A stretch of DNA of 64,000 nucleotides from Amoebidium appalachense (taxonomy: Eukaryota > Protista > Ichthyosporea): NCBI GenBank assembly GCA_963693365.1, contig CAVNZM010000006.1, positions 7,357,264 through 7,421,263 on the forward strand. The letters are read 5' to 3'. Positions 12,597 to 27,008 of this stretch are shown piece by piece. Every line of letters starts with the position of its first letter. Positions within the stretch are counted from its first letter, which is position 1. Under the pieces are notes generated by a model. It did not search any database, was not told where the DNA came from, and was given only the letters and a program-made list of their open reading frames with translations. The translations under genes and the position numbers were made by a program.

Positions 12597-13669
12597 GGGG
12601 AGAGAGAGAGTCTCATCTCTGAGAAAAAAAAAAAGAAGAAAGAAAGAAAGAAAAAGCTCCCCATACGATTACGGAAGGGAGCCCCTACGTGTAGTGCAAA
12701 GAAAACTTTGTCAACTTTTTTATGGTTGGGTCACATCGAATCTAGTTCGATCGAATCGTCCATATATGGAAACTCTAACAGACTGTTTTTGTGAAGGAAG
12801 CCCCTGCGTATAATCTCACCTCCTTCCCTCCCTCCCTTTCCCCACCCCTTTCTCTCTCTCTCCCCTGCCCTCCCTCTCTTCCCCCCCCCCCCCCCCCCCT
12901 CCTCCCCTCCCCCCCCCCTCCCCCTTCCCCCTTCCCCCTTCATCCTACCACGTTAACCTTTCCCTCCCTTCCAAGGTCTTTTTAAAATGGCGAGTTTATT
13001 CAATAGGACTCCTTGGGGCTATAGTACACACCTGAAAAACGGGCATATGTAACACTGAAGACGGCATCAAATTTAAAAAATTAAAGCATACTTTTTAAAA
13101 CATATTTAAAAGGATAAAAAACAAGGAGTTTATTCGTTTGCATGTCTGCCCGCATTACAGGCTCGGTCTGCAAGGTGGGTCTATAAATAAGACATGTGTA
13201 GGGTACGGTTACCCATTTAATGAGCCTGTGTGTTTAGACCACAACATTGAAATCACTGAATAAAAACTTTTCAAGTGGACTTAATAGACCCCCCCCCCCT
13301 CCCTCCCCAGCCCCCCCCCCCCTTCCCCCCCCCCTCCCCCCCCCCCCCCCCTTCCCCCTCAGCACCCCGGTCGAGTTGTTGTTCAATGGAAATAGGAGGT
13401 TAAAGAAGAGAAAAGAGGTAGCCAGCAGTCTACGGTGGTTATCGCTACACAGTCACATCATAACAGCCGGGAAAGAAGGGGGGGGGGGGGGGGGTACCAG
13501 GGGCGGGGGAGGCGGGGGGAGGGAGGGGGAGGGGGAGGGGGAGGGGAGCCAAGTGGTGTGTATGGGAGTGGGAGCTTTTAGAAGTGCCGTAGCGGTTTTG
13601 ATATGCAAAAAAGGAAAAACGGTGGGTGGTGGGTGGGTGGTGTGGGTGGAGGGGAGCGGAGGACTAGGG

Positions 13670-13706
<37 letters not shown>

Positions 13707-14316
13707 GGTCCAGCCGGCCGGGGGGGGGGGGGGGGGGGGGGGGAGGGGGGGATAGGTGGAGGAGTAGGAGCTTAATAAAAACTGTGGAAAAACTTTAATC
13801 TCGGCCTGAGAATAGAAAGTAAAGCCATGAAATGTGGCTGTTCTACTGACATCACAAACAGGCACAAAGCGAAGGAAAGGGGGGAAGGGGGGTGGCACTG
13901 GGCGAGAGAGAATGTGTGTGTGTTGGAAGGATGGGGTGGGGGGAGGGGAGCCGGGGGGGGGGGGGGGGGGGGGGGGAGGAGGGATGGTTAACCGCAGCCT
14001 ATCACATTGGAAAGCTAATGGACAGCCCCCCACCCCTCCCCGCCCCCCTCCCTCCTGCTCTCGTGTTTCCCCTTCTCCACCTCTCAACCTCCCCCCCCCA
14101 CACCCCAAAACCCCCCCACTCCCTCCCCTCCTCCCCCCCACTCGTGTCCAACGGCTGTATCCGGAATGCACCTAGCACCCAAATGTAAATGCACATGCAC
14201 CGATAGTAACAGTAGCATGGGAAACAAATGCACACATCTGTGTACGCTAGTGTGTCGTACCACACACACACAAACACAAAGAAAAGACATATAAACATAC
14301 ACACACATACGAACAC

Positions 14317-14407
<91 letters not shown>

Positions 14408-15089
14408 GCACACACACACACACACACAAGCACACACACAAACTCACTCCCTCACTCACTCACTCACTCACATGGGCGCGTCGGCATGCGCACAGAATAA
14501 GTTGGGCCACACGAAGCACTACGAATGGCAATGATTCAGAATCCGGGTGGAGGGGGTGGGTGGGTGGGGAAGGGACGGGGAGGGGGAGGGGAGGGGCATG
14601 AGGGTGAGTTGAGGCGGGTGGTGGTGGTGGTGGTGGGTGGGTGGTGGAGGGGGGGGGGGCGGGGGGCGGGGGGATAAGGACCGGGGAGGGGGCGGGGGGG
14701 AGGGGGGGGTGGATCATGAGAAGGGAGGGGGGAAGAGAGAGTTGGTGGGTAGCCTTGAGAAATTACGTGAGCGGGAGAAGGGGGGGGGGGGGGGGACGAG
14801 AGGAGGGCAAAAATAGAGAGGTTTGAAAAAGGAGTTGGTATGGGGAAAGCTAAGATAGAAGGACATTATAGAGGGATCACCATGATATGTTGAGAGTTGG
14901 TGGATGAAGTAAGAGAGGAACAACCATAAAATTTTAAAAAGCTAGTAGATGAAGCTAAAGATATCGGCCATGATGTGTTAGAGGGCTGATAGTTAAATAT
15001 AAAGAGGTATCATCATTGTATGCTCGGATGCTGAAGCATGAAATTAGAGAGGTATCACCATAACACGTCACAGGAACCATATTAGTAAA

Positions 15090-15290
15090 TGCTACAAAGC
15101 TGGTAGATGAAGTTAGAGAGGAATACCAAAATATGTTACAGAGCTAATGAAGACTTTACGGAGGGATCGATATTATCGGATATGTAACGTTACAAAGCTG
15201 GTAGATGAAGTTAGAGAGGAATACCAAAATATGTTACAGAGCTAATGAAGATTGAACAGAGGGATCAATATTATCGGATATGTTACAAAG
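15090..15290. repeat. Tandem repeat of about 100 bp, with more diverged copies upstream to about 14840
   Basis: tacaaagctggtagatgaagttagagaggaataccaaaatatgttacagagctaatgaag occurs twice, nearly identical. Confidence 0.8.
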
Positions 15291-15703
15291 CCGTCTGTTG
15301 AATATTAAGAGGGATTTGCATCAAAATGTTACAGAGTGGATTGGGTTACCTAAGAGATATACCGGGAGTGAGAGGCGAAAACTTTCGGCGTATGGGCTAG
15401 AAGGTGATTGTGCGGGGGATGGGAGGGGGAGGGAGGGGCGGGGAGGGGAGGGGAGGGGGGAGGGGGGGGAGGGGGGAGGGGGGGGGGAGTGAGAGAGAGA
15501 GAGAGAAAGAGAGAAAGAAAGAGAAAGGGATATGGGTACGAGGAGAGACGGGTGGGGAAAATATGTGCGGGTAAGGGTGGATTTGTGTATGTAGGGGTGG
15601 ATGTGTGTGTGTATGTAGGGTTGGAGGTGAAGTGGTGTCGATTATGGGAGCTCGAGGGTTACGTGTGCTTGTATGGGTGGAGCCTGAACGGTGTGTGTGT
15701 GTG

Positions 15704-15742
<39 letters not shown>

Positions 15743-15974
15743 GGGGGGAGGGGAAGGAAGGGGGGAGAGGGGGAGGAGAGGGGGGGCTCTGTTTGAATAG
15801 GCTCATGGCAACAACGTGAAAGAAAATATATAACTGAACAATAAGGAAGACAGGCCGGCCCGGTGTTATAATTTTCGATATGTTATATGGGGGGGTGGGG
15901 GGAAGAGGTTAGGAACATGACCCCCCTCCCCCTGTCTTCTCCTCCCCCTCCTCCCCAACCCCCTCCCCCCCCCC

Positions 15975-16230
15975 CCCCCCAATCCCTCCCCTCCCTCCCC
16001 GGGGAGTCTTCCCCCCCCCCCCCAATCCCTCCCTCCCTCCCCGGGGAGTCTTCCCCCCCCCCCCCAATCCCTCCCTCCCTCCCCGGGGAGTCTTCCCCCC
16101 CCCCCCAATCCCTCCCTCCCTCCCCGGGGAGTCTTCCCCCCCCCCCCAATCCCTCCCTCCCTCCCCGGGGAGTCTTCCCCCCCCCCCCAATCCCTCCCTC
16201 CCTCCCCGGGGAGTCTTCCCCCCCCCCCCC
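15975..16230. repeat. Minisatellite, about 42-bp unit, 6 copies
   Basis: aatccctccctccctccccggggagtctt(c)n repeated six times. Confidence 0.9.
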
Positions 16231-16790
16231 TTCCCCCTCCAACCCCCCCAACCCCTCCCCACCCCCCCCCCCAAAAAAAAAAAACAAAAAAAAAAAAACA
16301 TAGCCTTTGCTGCAGGTCAGGCTAAAGATTAAAAGACACTGATTTCTACTCTTCCCCCCTTCCCCCCTTCCCAAGCCCCCCAACCCGCTCCCCCTCCCCC
16401 CCCCCCCCCCCTGCCCAACCAACCTTCCCAGACCCCCCCCCCCCCGCCCCCCTCCCTGCCGCACCCCCCCTGCCTCCCTCCTTTTTTCTTCTCCCTTATA
16501 TGCGCTCCCTTTCAATCTTCATTCTTCCCCTTTGTTGTTTTTCTTTCTGGCAACACCAAATTCCTTGAACTCTAACCTGGCTCACGATTCCCCTAAAGTT
16601 ATTCCTCCATTACCACAAATGCAAATGGTGCTGAAAGGATGCCATATTGGCTGCTCACCTCCCCTTCCCCTCCCCCCCCCCTTCTCCCCCTCTCACCCAA
16701 CCTCCCACCCACCCATCCACACAGACACATACACAGCACGCAACTGCAATCGCACGTACTCACACATGTACACACACGTCCACTCACACA

Positions 16791-16840
<50 letters not shown>

Positions 16841-17930
16841 CATACATGCACACACACTTCTGCTCACATAGTAAACGTTTTGGGCCAAAACAATCTGTAC
16901 CCGTGTACGAAACTCAGGAAGAGAATGGAGACTTGCTGTGTGTGTGCACAAGGGAGAGGAGGAGGAGGGGGGGGGGGGGGGGGGGGCAGCAAAATGTACC
17001 GTATAGTTTGGCAAACGGAGGGGTTGGGAAGGGGGGGGGGGGGTGAGAGGGGGGTTGGTGGAGGGGAATATAGTGATATATCTTCCACGCCCCGCCTCTA
17101 CATGTACCAATCAGATTGACTGTGCGTGGCAACGTTGCACGTGTGTAGTACTATGCCCACCAAATAATTTCGAAAGTCGACCAACCACGGTCATAAACAC
17201 GGAATACGGGGGGAGGAGGGGGGGGGGGGGGGGGGGGGAGGGTTGGGGGGGGGGGGGGGGGGGGGGGGGAGGAAACTGAGATCAAGAGAATTTCGTTAAG
17301 TTTCTTTTTTCTTTGCCTCCTAAGTATGCTGTGCATACTTAAACTTCATCGGTCGAATAAATCCAGTCAAGAGAACAAAACTTCGGCTCTGTCAAGCCAG
17401 ACTTTCAGTTGCAGAGACCCCCCTTAGCCCACCAAGAACATGAAAAAAAAAATTTTTTATAACGACTTTATTGATATGCTCATCGAAAGAGAAGCATGCG
17501 AGATATCACAGATATCTCAGAGAAGAAAAATGCCTGACTCACGGATACTGTAACGGAGGAGATATCGAAGTAGTAGTCATATATCTCGTGGGACTTTTCA
17601 AATTCCTAGCACTAGAATGGCATAATGGGGTGGGGAAGGGGGGAAAGGGGGGGGGGAAGGGGGGGGGGGGGTGCTGTTTATTATCGACATGTTATGTGAT
17701 CTGTGATGAGGTGCCGGCACCAAGGCCAACAGTACTGTCACCCAATAAGTTGCACATGTAGATAACGACGTTACAACATATACATCATACGTGGAGATGT
17801 ATTGTTTTATTTTTTCCTTTTTTTGTCCTTTGCAAGAGTCATTGCGGCAAATCTTAAATTTATATCCTACTTCAGTACAGAGTGCACTGAGCTTATCAAA
17901 TGGGTAGCCCGGGTGGGCATATGTGTTGTC

Positions 17931-18200
17931 TTAAAGGGGGTTTCTTTTAGGCCGATTCATTGCCCCAATCCAGCACATCCGGGTCAAGCCATTTACTCAG
18001 TATATAAATCATGATATGAACTGCAGTCTTCTTCGCTGTATTATTATTCTTCCCTTCTTCATTTCTTTTTTTTCTCTTTCCTTCTTCCTTATTGTTGTAT
18101 GATGGCGCATCTGTACCTCGCTGCCTGCAAAACCATGGTGCGCAGCTAGAATCCCCTCTGACCCGACCCGGCCCGAAAATCTAAAAGAAACCCCCCTTAA
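17931..18200 (+). mobile_element. Kolobok-like MITE, copy 2
   Basis: ttaaagggggtttcttttag ... ctaaaagaaaccccccttaa, TTAA at both ends, RR...YY termini. Confidence 0.8.
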
Positions 18201-18816
18201 CCCTTGAGCGATTTTGGTATAAGCACACACGGGATGCATGTGAAAGCTTTGCCTTATGCGTTTGGGCACGGTTGTGCTCATCTCTAAAAATACGGAAGAA
18301 TACAAGTAGTATACAGTATGGAGAACGATGTGAAAGTCATTGTCGCGTTGTCTCTATAAATACTACTTTAGACTACCAAGCCGCTTGAACGAAAAATTGA
18401 AAAGCTTGGGGAGAAAAAAAAAAAGGGGGGGGGGGGGGGGGGGGGTAGGACGGTAATATGCAGACACCATTCGACACCAACGTATGTACCTGATATAACA
18501 CGGAGGGGATAAACCGGGGCTAAACCCGCCCAAACCCGCAGACTGGTAAATTTGTGCCTAGTGTCTGGTGCTTTGGGGGGGGGGGGGGGGGGGGGGGGGG
18601 GCAAAATTACGTCAATTATCCGGCCTCTAGCGAGCTCGTTTATTAGCAGGGCGCCCCTAGCTTAGCAAAAAAAAGGGAGACAATCACTCTTCGTATATGG
18701 TGTGGGTGCTAGCTAGCTAGAATCTTAAAGTTTTCCAATTATTTCTAGCCCAACTCTCTCAAGTTCGGAAAATCATGAATCTAGCCCACCCCTGTAGCCC
18801 GCCGCTCCCCCCTTAG

Positions 18817-18859
<43 letters not shown>

Positions 18860-19125
18860 CCCAGCCGCGGCTGAAACAACAACAGCAACCCCCCGACATC
18901 TCCAGACATCAACACCTTCCACATGGGCTTCGATTAGTTATGGTATTTGTTGGGAGAGCTAGGGTTGGATCTCCAGTTTTGATGGCTGGCTCATAATTAT
19001 CTCGAACCAATTTAGCAATACCTGATTCTATTTGATGATATAATTTTTGTGGCTCCTAAGAGATTGGATGCCCTTTACCCCCCCCCCCCCCCCCCCCCCC
19101 CCCCCCGCCCCTCCCCGCATACGCG

Positions 19126-19209
<84 letters not shown>

Positions 19210-19624
19210 CACACACACACAGGGAGAGAGGGAACGTGACACATGTCTCCCCCCTCCCCCCCCCCCCCCCCTCTCCTCCCTCCCCGCTTTCAAAGGGGAA
19301 AGAAAAAACAAGAAAAGGAAAAAAAAATAGAAAATGACAGCAAATTAGTGTAACAAAGGTTTCCTCGCACCCCAAACCTCATTCTTCCACCCCAGTCTCT
19401 CCTACTGCGGCATACCCTCCTCCCCCCTCCCTCCTCCCCCCCCCCCCCCCCCCCCCCCCGGTACCTCACAAAGTCCCTTTTTTCATGATACTGAAACCTT
19501 TAAGGAGGAGAACACCATCTCCCTATGATCATGCTCGTTGCCCCTCGAACCCCCCCCCCCCCCCCCCCCCCCCCCCCTCTCCCCCTCCCTCCGAACATAC
19601 GCACAAACACCTCACTAATATAAG

Positions 19625-19845
19625 CCCTTGTAAACATATCCCACATACCAAATATCCTGAACATATAGCCCGTGGCTGCAATATTCTTTTGATAATCAGG
19701 GTTACCTTAGATATTTTTCTGATGCTCAGGTGGCTTTTCGAGATATTTAGATGATATCCTTAGCTTCATGATTCCACGGGATATACCGAGATGTTTCCAT
19801 TTGATAATATATCTAGGGCCATTTTCGGGATATTTTTCGCAAGGG
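19625..19845. mobile_element. Putative MITE with CCC...GGG imperfect terminal inverted repeats
   Basis: cccttgtaaacatatccc at the left end, gggatatttttcgcaaggg at the right end, many internal GATAT/ATATC sub-repeats. No clear TSD. Confidence 0.45.
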
Positions 19846-20107
19846 CAAACCCTTTTTCCCAGGGCCCCCACCACTCCAACCCTCATCCCTAACCTTACAA
19901 ATTTAAAGGTTACCAGGAGCGGTCAAAAATCTTTTAGTCTACAATGCACAGACCATTTAATGAACGTAGGTGATCGTGTGGTCTTTCACGTGCGCGCCCT
20001 TGGTCGGGGCCGGAATTTGGGCTTGGGGGGGAGGGGGGTCCTATAGATAAAACCGAAAAGACGTGTGGTCGGTGCCTAATACTAACTTCCTACGTCCTGC
20101 CCCCCTT

Positions 20108-20146
<39 letters not shown>

Positions 20147-20596
20147 AAAAAAAAAAAAAAAACCTTGGAGGCCGAGGGGGGAGTGGGGGAGGAGGGCAGA
20201 AGGGGGGGGAGGGGGTGGGGGGGTGAGGGAGGCCTCCGTGTGATGACCTTCTTTGTGCTCGTTGCGTGGTATCTCTGACTCTCAATCAGTGTTTAAATTT
20301 GAGGCTCTACTCCTGAAACCCCCCCCCCCTCCCCCCCCCCCCCCCCCCCCTCCCCCCCAAACTACACTATGAGAAACACGGTGCAGAAAACAGACAAAAG
20401 CAAACAATCAAGCATGCAACATCAGCACCACACACAGTATGCAGTATAAGCGGATAACCTTTTTTTGGGGGGGGGGGGAAGGGGGAGGCGGAGGGGGGAC
20501 TGGGGGGGAAGGGGAGATGGAGGGGGAAAAGGTTGGGAAGAGGAGGGGAGGGGAGGGGGTGGCATATGGGGTGGGACGGTGGGGCTAGAGGCTGAT

Positions 20597-20628
<32 letters not shown>

Positions 20629-20979
20629 TGTGCAGGAGGGAGCAAGCAGACAGTATGGGAGGGGGGAGGGAGGAGGGGGGGGGGGGGGGGGGAAGAGAAG
20701 GGACCTGCCCCTCGGCTATTTTGCCGCGAAATATCTTTTTTGTTCAAGTGGGGGCCATACACGACAGCTCAAAAGTGCGCACGAAAGCTCTAGGCCAAGT
20801 TTTGCTCTTGCTTTCAGCTCCATCCCCCCTCATCTTCCCCCCTCCCCCCCCCCCCCCCCCCCCTCCCCCCACACACACACACAAACACACACACACACCC
20901 TTCCCCTCCATCCCACCCGTCACCACCACCACCACGGCCTAGTGTCTCCCCCCCCCCCCCCCCCCCTCGTCCGCCCCAG

Positions 20980-21019
<40 letters not shown>

Positions 21020-21166
21020 TTTTCTACCTCCTTTTCCTTTTATCTTTTGAGTTGTTATATTGCTTCTTGATTTACCCCTGTTGAGAAAGGAAGCGTGAAC
21101 ACCTCTTTTTTCTTTTTTTCTTTCTCTATTTACTTCTTCTTCAGTTTCCCCCCCCCCCCCACCCCA

Positions 21167-21208
<42 letters not shown>

Positions 21209-21474
21209 AAAAAAAAAAAAAAAAAGTTGAATTATATCTACCGACCGACTGTATATGTTTTGGTTTAACGGTTTTTTCCTCTGATCCAACCCTTAAAAAA
21301 AAAAGAGGAAAAACTCGTAGCAAGCGGTGATGATGTGAGGATACGATGGTAAGAGATTGATGTAACGTACACCGTGTGGGCGGATGGGCGCATCAGCCGG
21401 GTATTCTGGATCACAGTTGGTGGTGGTGTTGATAGTAGTAGTGGTGGTGGTGGTGGTGGTTTGGAAGGGGAGGG

Positions 21475-21516
<42 letters not shown>

Positions 21517-22688
21517 GGGGGAGGGGGGGAGGGGAGGGGGGGAGGTGGGGGGGCTGGGGGCAATGATTATCTCAGCTTGGACCAACTTGGAACTCCTTGC
21601 CAAAGAGATGTGTATTGATGATGCAAAGGGGCGGCTACATGTGGCTACGTTCGAATTATCCGCCCAAAGGCCTACTGCGATGCTCTTGTGTTGGACATCA
21701 TGGACAAGCGATGGCACATGTGCCCGTCATTGGCCATGGCCACTCGAACCACCCCCATGGCATGGGCACAAAACACGTGGGGTGATGAACGAAATATTTA
21801 CTCGCTTTGCTTTCAATCATAGCTACACCGGCTGTACCTGCACATCAGTAGTTTTCTTCGTATATATGTGTATTGAAAAAGGCACACACCCATTTCTGCC
21901 GTCGTGATCATGAAAGGGCAAAATACCGGTGGCCCAGCCAGCCAGCGCCGGGAGGGATCACGGATGATATGTGCATGTGACCTTGAAGATAATCCATTTA
22001 GAGCTGACGTAATCAACGGGGCAGTTCCATTGTTTTAACAGACTCTAGCTCTATTATTAGGATTATAGAGGCTACGCTTTAGACTAGCGTGGTGCCACGC
22101 CGATGCGATCGAACCGTCTGGAAGCTGTCGAACTGTTCGAACATACCCACCGAAGGCTCATCCTAAAATTTATCGTAAGTAAGAGGAATAAAAGCTTTAT
22201 AAGACTAGCTTTATATTTAATATATACAAAAAGGATGGGAAAGACGACACGGTAATTTTGCACAAACGACACAACTGACTCTTTATCTATGTATAGGCTA
22301 CACATTTTGTCAGGGTTTGTACGGCAGATCAAAGTTGGGTTAAAGTTTCGAGTCTGACCCGAATCTTGACCCGAAAACCTATCACTCCGTCTGGCGGTCA
22401 TAAACGCGCTGATTGGTTAGGCTTAGAGGGGTGTCGACATCCTACTGAGTAACGATTGACTCCCTTCATTCACCTATACTACATTTTGAGCCTACGAGAA
22501 GTAGCTTAATCCCAAATATATTCCTCCAATAATATTAATAACTATTAAGAACTCAGTATATGGCATTTTATTCCCTATTTATAGACACTAACCGCATTAC
22601 AGCTCCCAATTTCCTAGTCATTTTGATGGATTGAATTTGTTTGGTTTACCCCCCTCCTTTTGACCAAATCCGTTACCTTGCACGCCGG

Positions 22689-22696
22689 TATATAAA
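22689..22696 (+). promoter_or_regulatory. TATA box of the cytochrome c gene
   Basis: TATATAAA about 50 bp upstream of a GTGAGT donor (22738). The implied 5'-UTR intron ends at 23137 (branch CACTGAC, acceptor CACAG), followed by GCCACCATG at 23155-23163. Confidence 0.6.
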
Positions 22697-23160
22697 GGCG
22701 GCGTGTCGCCGTGGCGTGGCAGTCCCATTCGTGTCCAGTGAGTTTCAAGGTGGGATTCACCTCATGAGAATACTGCTTGAACTAACGATGAGCTTGCTAG
22801 TAGGGAACCCAGAAGAAATTTAAGATAACTCGGAGCCTTTCACATTAAGAGAACATTATAGTGGGGTTACTTTCACAGGGAGTTATGTGGCAGCACTGTA
22901 CCGCCCTGTTGTCACTCCCCATGGGACGTTGGGATGCCGTTGTTTAAACCTGAATAGCAATGGTCCTTTCAGTCGTTGCCAACGAGGGAAGTTTTAGTGG
23001 AATAACAAGCCCGTTAGAAGATGTGATACGAGTTCCAGCCTGCTTGTCGCCTAGTTATTCTCCTCAGGGCTGCTCCCTGCTCTAGCATTCCCACGACCCC
23101 TCCACAGACTCGGTCACTGACACACCTTCCCTCACAGGGTCTCATCCCTCTACCGCCACC

Positions 23161-24333
23161 ATGCCTATTCCCAAGGGTGACGCTGAGAAGGGCGCCAAGA
23201 TTTTCAAGCAGCGCTGCTCGCAGGTGAGAATAGCACATATTGCTCTAGAACTGTAAAGCTGAGTGTGAATGGCAGGAGTCTCTGGGTTTTTTGTGATTCC
23301 ATGTGTCCACGAACCTGTTTGCCTTTATAGCCTTCAGTCAATAGGGGCTCTCGGTTTCGTTAGCACTCTCAACACCGAGGGGATTCAGCCAGAGGCATGT
23401 TGGTTGACGGTGGTGTGTTTGTTTGTGTGGAGGGGGGGGGGGAGGTGGCAGTGGGAGTTGGGAGAGACACTGAACCACTATTCTTCTGGGGGCTGGGAAA
23501 GGAGGGGAGAAGGAAGGCTGGGCTGGTTGCTGAACGTGACAGGGTTGATAAGGCAAAACGATGAGTGTGTTGTACTGATGTGCCCTGTGTTTGCAGTGCC
23601 ACGTCATCGAGAAGGATGGCAAGCACAAGACTGGCCCCAACCTGTACGGTGTCTTCGGCCGCAAGTCTGGCCAGGCTGCCGGCTTCTCCTACACTGATGC
23701 CAACAAGAACAAGGTCGGTGTTACTGTTGGGGGTTGTTGGAGGGTCGAGCACACGCTTGGGATGGTGATGCCCCCGTCGTTGGGAGGTTTGAAGTGTAAA
23801 GGGAAGCAAGGCATGGTTAGGTTGTGTGGTACGGGTGGCTTCGGGGGCATAGCATTGTTGGGAGAGGAGAACGGTGAAGATAGAACGGGGGAAATGGTAG
23901 GTTCGTCACAAGGAGACGTGGTATTCCTCAGTTCTCTGACTGGTAGACCTCTGGGGCGTTTGGGGGCGGGGGGCTTGCAGAGATACAATAAACCAGTCAA
24001 GTCAGCTGGGACGATTTCTGGTTTTGGTTTGTTTCAAACGTAGAGCAGGGCATTGACGTTCTGCGTCCATAATAGGGTGTGACGTGGACCGAGGAGACCA
24101 TGTTCGAGTACCTCTTGGACCCCAAGAAGTACATCCCGGGCACCAAGATGATCTTCGCTGGCCTCAAGAAGGAGAAGGAGCGCGCTGGTATGTTTCCCCC
24201 TCCCCCCCACCCTTCTCTTGTCCGTGTGTTTTTCCTCGCGTCTTACAATTTGAAAACGACCTTTCTTATACCTGTAGCTTGCTGGGGGATTAAAGCATTT
24301 ATTTCAGGTCTTGAGTTGTGCATGGAAACCCTT

Positions 24334-24367
<34 letters not shown>

Positions 24368-24670
24368 TTTCCTCTTCTACATCTGCACAGATCCCCCGTT
24401 AATCCCCTTCCTGACTGGTTCTGCCCCTATCTTTGCATTTGCTCTCTTGTGCCCCCCTCCCCCCCCCCCCCCCTACACACACACACATAGCCAGACACAT
24501 AATCCCCGTGTGAATCATCTTTCTCACTGATTTTGTCCACTTCCGAGGCATGCAACCTCCCCCCTTCCGTTCCCGGCACTCCGCCTTTGCTTCTTTCTAG
24601 TCACTCTGTGGCATACACAAGTTACACATGTCTACATGAACACTGACATGTATTCTCCTCCCCCCCCCCC

Positions 24671-24701
<31 letters not shown>

Positions 24702-24745
24702 ACACAGACCTCATTGCTTACATGGTGGCCGAGGCCTCCAAGTAA
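23161..24745 (+). CDS. CYCS: Cytochrome c (mitochondrial), 4 coding exons
   Basis: Exons 23161-23223, 23597-23713, 24076-24187, 24708-24745, all GT-AG. Joined protein [109 protein letters not shown] has the CxxCH haem motif and the PGTKM axial Met. Confidence 0.97.
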
Positions 24746-25089
24746 ACGACGCCCGCAGGATCCAGCAGTAGTGGGTGTCAGCTGATCCCTTGTAACGTAT
24801 CGTATAGTTGGCACCGTTACGCTGATGGTGGCCCCATTGGGTGGCGGTTGCTATCACGCAGACTGCAAATGCGCTGTGCGCAAACAAGCCACGCTCGTCG
24901 AATGACCGGACAATTAAATTACGGGTGACGGGGGGGACTGAAAGCTTCCCCCACCGGAGCCTGCATTCACTGTTCATGCTGCTGTGGCTTTTGTGTCGTG
25001 GTTTCTTGGCTTTTGTTTCATGGAGTGTGTGGTGTGGTGGGACATGTCCCCCTTCTCTTCCCCCCTACCCCCTACCCCCCTCTACTTAC

Positions 25090-25615
25090 ATGGTGAATTG
25101 GTCGGAACTCGGTTACTGTGGTTCACGTAGGCCCTCCTGGGGATGGGTTCTGGTTATTATGCATACTCCATGTTTGCTGCAGTCTGTGCATTGTGTTGGC
25201 CGTTGTGGACGTGTACTTCGTGCTCTATGGGACATTCAAACCAACCAACCAACCAACCTCTCTCTAGACTTGATTGGTGACGGGGGGCTTTCCAGAAGCC
25301 CCGTCTATGTGTCGATCTAGGCTCTTCTGGCGGCTTGTTTCTTGTTGCATCAAGCAACAACTCCAGGACCTCGGCCCTTTGTGCACTACTTTTGCTTGTG
25401 GTGTCTGCTTGCATGAGTAGCGCTGCTCTCCTCTGATTAAGACGGGTGGCCCACCCATGTTCAGGTGAAGCAGTATCCGAATTGGAGTTTTGTAACGAGG
25501 TCAATGTGTCGAAGATGTTTTGTTATGGTTGGCTCGGGCCCTCTGCTTGTGATGTATAGTTTTGTGTCCTCTTTGCAAAACTGTATGTTGTTCGTCGTGA
25601 GTTTGTACTTGTACG
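25090..25615 (+). mobile_element. Two tandem truncated copies of the C-tailed retroposon family
   Basis: 25090-25258 aligns by eye to 53665-53820 and ends cattcaaacc(aacc)n. 25265-25615 is a more diverged copy aligning to 53460-53800. Confidence 0.75.
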
Positions 25616-25807
25616 TTGCCACGGTGACACAATGAATATCTTGCCCGCGTACACGCACGTGCACACAGCCTAGGCCTGTTTCTGCAGTTTTCGACTTTGG
25701 AGGGAGAATACGGGACATATTGATTGTGGCGCGCAGGGACACAAGAAGTATCTGAAAACTACAGTGTGTGGGAGGGAACTTTAACCTCTTCGGGCCGGCA
25801 CCATGTT

Positions 25808-26095
25808 GGGTTTATGCACTTTGTATTGCTACGGACATCGTCAGGGGGCCAGCCTCACTTGACGGCCTACTGCGTTTTCCAGCGCAGCCAATCAAATTCA
25901 GCTAGTGACTTATGTACACTACACTGTATGCGATAAAACAACACTAGTATAGATTATGGATAAGCAGAAGCTAGCATTGGTAGCTCCGAGAGAAAGTTAA
26001 GACACCGTGTCACAATATCATACTGTGCAGCATTAATAAGGTGATCTAACACGGTCATTTTATAACGGATATACTGGGGGAGAGAAATAGAACTG
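25808..26095 (-). mobile_element. 3' UTR fragment of the LINE at 7115-8480
   Basis: Shares gacggcctactgcgttttccagcgcagccaatcaaat and tactgtgcagcattaataaggtgatc with 7115-7420, and has the same gggttta terminus. Confidence 0.85.
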
Positions 26096-26960
26096 GGAGA
26101 GAAGTAGAACCATGTTGATTTGGCCGGCAGCCAGCCAGCTCTAAACAGCTCTAAACAACTCTATTGCGGTTTGAAATCGATAGAAAAAGCTCAAATAAAT
26201 TGCAAAAATCGACGCGTATATGTCTTACCTGCATACTTTTTTAAGTTGGTTTGGGGAAAATATCATTATTTCTTATACTTTTGTATCTATTTCTGTGTTT
26301 CAAAGGCTGAAGTGACTATTTAGGGCCCTTGCCCGTATGAACAGGTGAAGGGGGACCCACTCTTACCCTCCCGGGCCCTTCCAGCTGGGGATCTATAGCT
26401 ATAACAAATACTAAAAAGTTTGTTTGTGCTCTGTATTTGCACTGTGTTCTCCGCGGTGTCGTGATGTGTATACGTACTTGCGGCATTTCCCTGATAGTTC
26501 CACCCTTCCGTCCCCCCCCCCCCCCCCCCCCCCCCCCACCTCCCCACGTGACCCAATAGCTATATCATCAAGATTTGGTACCGGTTATATTACATTACAT
26601 AGTGCACATGTACATCCAACTGTTCTGAGTCCTCGGCCCTTCCGGAACCTTCTGCTCCTGAGGCCTGTATAGTCCTTAGTAACTAAAATTAATTTAGCTC
26701 GTCTCTGATCAACTTGGGTGGCCCGACCATGCATACACATGCATCGGCCAAGTGCCACTTCGCCATCTGAGAATGATGGGTTCTGCTACAAGCTAGCATG
26801 GTGTTTTGGACCCTCCCTGCAGCTGAGGATCATGGGCTCTGCATCATGATGAAACTGTCCGTGGCTATTCATGTGTTTCACAATTGAGCTCTGTTCTCAG
26901 TACATTGCATGCATCCGATCGCGATCGCGATCTCTCTCTCTCTCTCAGCGCTCTCTCTCT

Positions 26961-27008
<48 letters not shown>

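Noticed and set aside
18646-18794. hAT-like MITE with CAGGG...CCCTG ends
   Set aside because: Terminal repeats are poor, no 8-bp TSD and no second copy in the window.
25090-25500. Apparent circular permutation relative to 53460-53820, suggesting a circular RNA origin
   Set aside because: Sequence after 25500 continues as a degenerate 3' end, so this is two tandem truncated copies.
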